From Haplodiscus bocki (lineage: Eukaryota): a stretch of DNA of 64,000 nt. The notes below the pieces were generated by a model. That model had not been told where the DNA came from. It worked only from the letters and a program-made list of their open reading frames with translations, and ran no database searches. The number at the start of each line of letters is the position of its first letter. The first letter of the stretch is position 1. The translations under genes and the position numbers were made by a program. Positions 60,341 through 64,000 of the stretch are shown here, piece after piece. The stretch covers positions 2,356,001-2,420,000 of the forward strand of contig OZ296659.1 of the NCBI GenBank assembly GCA_965655095.1, given 5' to 3'.

Positions 60341-60752
60341 AACACCAGACGACCGGCCAACACCGACATATTTTCTGCCCATCAACTTTGTTAAAAATGC
60401 CTTTTAGAAGGAAAAACGATTTTTTTTCGAAAAAAAATACTTTCTTCAGCAAAGTTGCAATTTTGGAAATTTTCTGAATCTCTTTGCAAAAACCCTGAAT
60501 TTCGGTGAAGACATTTTCGTCAAATAATATCATGTTATATGCATTCTACAGCCTCCTAGCAACCTTTTCCCGATCTTTAAAAAATCTATTTTAAATTTTA
60601 CTATTTCATTTGCATTCTGCAGCAAATTTGCTACAATTTGGTGATTAGAATTATCAAGTTCAGAATCGTGCAATTTTGCGACATCGCGAAATTGTCAAGT
60701 AAACGTAAAACAAACGCACAAACGCTCTAAATTATAAATTTGGCAAAAATAT
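60341..60752 (-). mobile_element. Helentron/HINE-like repeat (copy 4, diverged); fragments also at ~41817-41875 and ~49080-49300
   Basis: gacgaccggccaacaccgacatattttctgccc...gcaaatttgcta... colinear with copies 1-3. Confidence 0.6.
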
Positions 60753-61424
60753 TAGAAGGAATTATTACTTCTTTCAATGCTTCCACCACAACAAACTCGG
60801 CTGGGCGGGCTGCATGACTGCACGATATTTCTTTGAGAGGAGAGAGCCACAGTTGCAGCAGCAACGTGAATCGAAGATGTTTGACAGACTACTGAGTTGA
60901 GCACTCCTCGAACCGCATACTTGCCACGCCTGCCACTCTGTGACATCATATCTCACACGAGTTTGGTTTGAAATTTCTTCAATGAAACGTTAGTTTCATA
61001 GTGATGACCAATTTAAACTCGAAGAGCCCGTTTAATCAATTTTGATTTCTTACGAAACAATCCGAAGGTGCTGAATTGCAGCCGAGATGAATTTAAACAA
61101 GTTTTCAATCAAAACAAATGACTGAGGCGAGTAATTCCCAGGTTCGAGCCTGGGCCACACTCCCTCTTCTTTGGTCAAATCTAGGAACTTGTGTTTGTTG
61201 GGAACGGATCGGAAAAATAGACTGCTATAACACTTGATTGCGCAAGTGTAATAACCAAGATACAGCAATATTGCTGTCTTTTTATAACAATGCCATTTGC
61301 AATAACATAGTATCTCTGTCGAAAAAAAGACTTTATAAGAAATTAGCTAGCGCGTTCAGGACTTTGTAAAACATGGCTTGAAACAACACATGCTTGATGA
61401 AGTAAATGAACCACAATAATTGTC

Positions 61425-61747
61425 GGGTCTTTTCCGTTTCTTCCCCCCCCCCCCCAGCGGATTATTCCCCCCCCCCAGTCGAAGCTGTAGCTGCTGCTAC
61501 CAGTGTACAGGTATTTATTCACTGAAAACGTCTTTCGCGAGTCAGTAGGCAGTGCACACAATTCACAAATCTCAAGTACCTTCCAAGAAGCTGACTGCTT
61601 GCTGAAGCTAGTTAAAGTAAACAAACAGGTATTTGCAATAACTTTATTAAGCAGAAACTTGAACCATACTGCTCAGCTGAGCATATCAGCTAGGGGGGGG
61701 ATAATAATTTTGCCAGTAGGGCTGGGGGGAAGAAACGGAAAAGACCC
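61425..61747. mobile_element. MITE with GG-ended TIRs and an 8-bp TSD (Merlin-like)
   Basis: TIR GGGTCTTTTCCGTTTCTTCCCCCC at both ends; flanks TAATTGTC / TTATTGTC (7/8 match). Confidence 0.75.
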
Positions 61748-62356
61748 TTATTGTCATATGTTGCACGTCCGAACGAAGTTTCAGTTCATTGAGATTGTTA
61801 AAAAGGTCGAGATAAAACGGATCCTTTACTTTTTATCAGAACGATTCCTTATTTTGGTCATCCCGATTGAAACTACATGTTCCAAGCTGGCACACAGTTG
61901 AAACCAATGTCTTTATACTATCGGAGGACTCTCTAAGTTGCAAGAGAAGAGTGTTCCGAAATTTCGCAACAAAGGGCTAATAGCATCTACTTCAAAAACA
62001 GTAATCTGAAAAACAAGTGATTTGACCGAATGAGAATCCCTTTTGTGGTCAGAACACGTTTTGGTTCTGATTGAATGCTTGATTGAGGCAAATTAAAAAA
62101 ATCTCTGAGCCGGTCTCAAAAATTGAAGCATATTATTCAAGAAATGTCCAAGAAAACGATGGTAATGGTAAAAAGCTTTTCAATTTCAACAATCATTATC
62201 ATATTTCAAGAAAAACGTTGTTGTGTCGATAACTTTCCTTTCACGGCAGAGACAACAAAAACATTATAACAGCAAAAATGAATTTTCATAAGGTGAGTTG
62301 TTTCTGTATTAAATAGTTTAATACTTATTAAATAGTTTGAGGTGGATATGTGGTGA

Positions 62357-62928
62357 ATGACGGACGGGCAACCCCACATTTACGCAGCGAGTTCAATCTA
62401 CTGGGCAATCGAGTCAATCGACGACCCAACCGTACGGGGCAGTCTCCGGAGGAACGTCACCGACATCCGAGGACTGTCGTTCAACCCGGCCAACGCCAAC
62501 AAGGACCTTGCCAAACTCCTGGTGAGAAGTACTTTTTCCAAAATTATTATTTGGCACGACGCCATTAGTAATTCAATTTCACCAAACCCATCCAACGGTT
62601 CTCTCATAACGAGTGAGAAGCTCTTGCAAATACTGAAAAAACTCTCTTCGAGAATTTCGGCTATTGTGTACACCCAGAAAGACGAAACCGCGGATATCTT
62701 CCCGGACCTCCTGAAACTACATAAGGAAACCGGAATAATCGTGATCGTAGCGCGAAAACTTTCAAATCACCAAAAGCGCAAATCACAAGAGTTCCAGGCA
62801 GAACTCCTGGAAACGCACAAAACGAAAACCTTGAGCTACAGTGGCTGAGAACAGTTCTAGCACACATACACAACCCCAACGCTCTTACCACAACGAGACG
62901 AGGCAAGAAGAAACCTCATCGCTACTAA
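62357..62928 (+). CDS. SGNH/esterase-like ORF upstream of LINE ORF1 (track ORF ends at 62848; likely frameshifted tail to 62928)
   Basis: HIYAASSI...GLSFN...IIIWHDAISNS...AIVYTQ...ETH alpha/beta pattern; alternative-frame continuation QNENLELQWLRTVL...RRGKKKPHRY. Confidence 0.45.
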
Positions 62929-63113
62929 CTGGTCAGTACCATCTTTTCTCTCACGTGTAGTCGTTTGTTATTACTCCTCTCTGCCTGAACATTTGGTCGT
63001 TCGGCACATCACATCTGCATAAACGTGGTTGTTCGTAACTTCCCGCTTAAACGTTTCGGTCGTTCGGCGCCTACTCCAACTGGTCTGAACGTTTTAGTCG
63101 TTCGACCTCCCAA

Positions 63114-64000
63114 ATGACCAACGTCCCAACTGTAGACAATCCCAGCGATTCCACGCGAACTCGACTCATGTCTGATTCTGATCTTGGCAAAAATTCCACA
63201 AAGCCCGGGTACTGTCCTTCAATCAGAGAACTAATCGGCAAGTCAACAGCGGCTGGAGAGACATGGATGAACAGTGCCGCGGCCACAAAACCCAACTTGA
63301 TCTTTCTTCTCAAAGAGGCAGTACAATTACTCAAACACGAAAAATCTGCTTGGGCAGAGGTAGCGGACCTGAGGAAAGAACTGAAAGACTTGTTTGACCC
63401 GGGCTCCCTGATCACCGAAGTCAAGTCCCAAATCAACAGCCAACTTGAGACCTTTCGGACAGAAGTAAAAGCCTCCATCCAAACTGAGGTGAAGTGCGCC
63501 CTCCAAACCCAAACAAAAACATTTGCAGACAGCCTCAAATCTAACATATTAGACTCGAACTTAATCCATGCATCATCTGGAAATCCAACCAAGGCTGAAA
63601 ACCTCACGCAAACCTCGTCACAGGTCAGGGTCGACGGAATCGAGGAAACCACACCGGGTTCAAACATGTCCGATACAAACCACATGGATAGCAAAGTACG
63701 CGAGGTCTTCAACCATCTAGGAATCGAAACCAACATTTCGTTCATTGAACGCATCGGAAAACCCAGGCGAGCTCCAAAAAGTGAACTACCTAGTTCTCAA
63801 AGACCGAGAACTGCCCTAGTGACGGTATCAACACGCTGGAATGCGAAGCGCATCTTTGATCGCGCATACCTACTGAAGGATTTCAAATCAAGTGTCTATA
63901 TCTCCAACGCTCTCACCAAGCAAGAAAAAGAAATAGAAAACGAACTCCTAAAGAAAAGAAGAGAACTGATTAATAGCGGTGAGAAGAAAGATAACATCCG
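63114..64000 (+). CDS. LINE (CR1/L2-like) ORF1 protein, runs off the window end
   Basis: Open frame from ATG 63114: coiled coil, then VRVDGIEE...VFNHLG...IERIGK...RPRTALV...VYISNALTKQE (ORF1 RRM/CTD pattern). Track ORF 63071..63754- is its antisense shadow. Confidence 0.85.
   Translation, partial: MTNVPTVDNPSDSTRTRLMSDSDLGKNSTKPGYCPSIRELIGKSTAAGETWMNSAAATKPNLIFLLKEAVQLLKHEKSAWAEVADLRKELKDLFDPGSLITEVKSQINSQLETFRTEVKASIQTEVKCALQTQTKTFADSLKSNILDSNLIHASSGNPTKAENLTQTSSQVRVDGIEETTPGSNMSDTNHMDSKVREVFNHLGIETNISFIERIGKPRRAPKSELPSSQRPRTALVTVSTRWNAKRIFDRAYLLKDFKSSVYISNALTKQEKEIENELLKKRRELINSGEKKDNI

Noticed and set aside
63071-63754. 227-aa minus-strand ORF
   Set aside because: Antisense shadow of the plus-strand LINE ORF1.

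Overview
Repeat-rich, AT-rich animal genomic DNA; the taxon cannot be determined from the window. The backbone is the 5' part of a host mitochondrial CLPX gene on the minus strand. Its exons at 39672-39967, 22058-22239 and 13052-13352, plus a probable one at 40319-40505, are separated by very large introns. One intron holds an apparently intact 14.9-kb Polinton/Maverick (polintovirus) provirus at 24699-39603, with a perfect 6-bp TSD (ATTGGC) and ~180-bp imperfect TIRs. It encodes a protein-primed PolB, integrase, packaging ATPase, major and minor capsid proteins, an adenain protease, a core protein, PW and accessory genes. Three things about it are unusual. (i) pPolB carries N-terminal C2H2 fingers and is split by three phase-1 GT-AG introns, which join four ORFs into one ~1429-aa protein. 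(ii) The integrase lacks a usable ATG and a chromodomain, but is overlapped out of frame by a PHD-finger ORF, suggesting a histone-reader/integrase fusion. (iii) The right end carries a parvovirus-like cassette: an HUH-fold ORF and a PLA2-like ORF. A second, heavily decayed Polinton of another family lies downstream of the last visible CLPX exon (~4.8-12.7 kb). The rest of the window contains a 7-kb foldback/palindromic element, decayed Gypsy and possibly DIRS-like retroelements, Helentron-like and other MITE/SINE repeats, and the 5' end of a LINE with an extra SGNH-like ORF. All calls come from reading motifs by eye; no searches were run.
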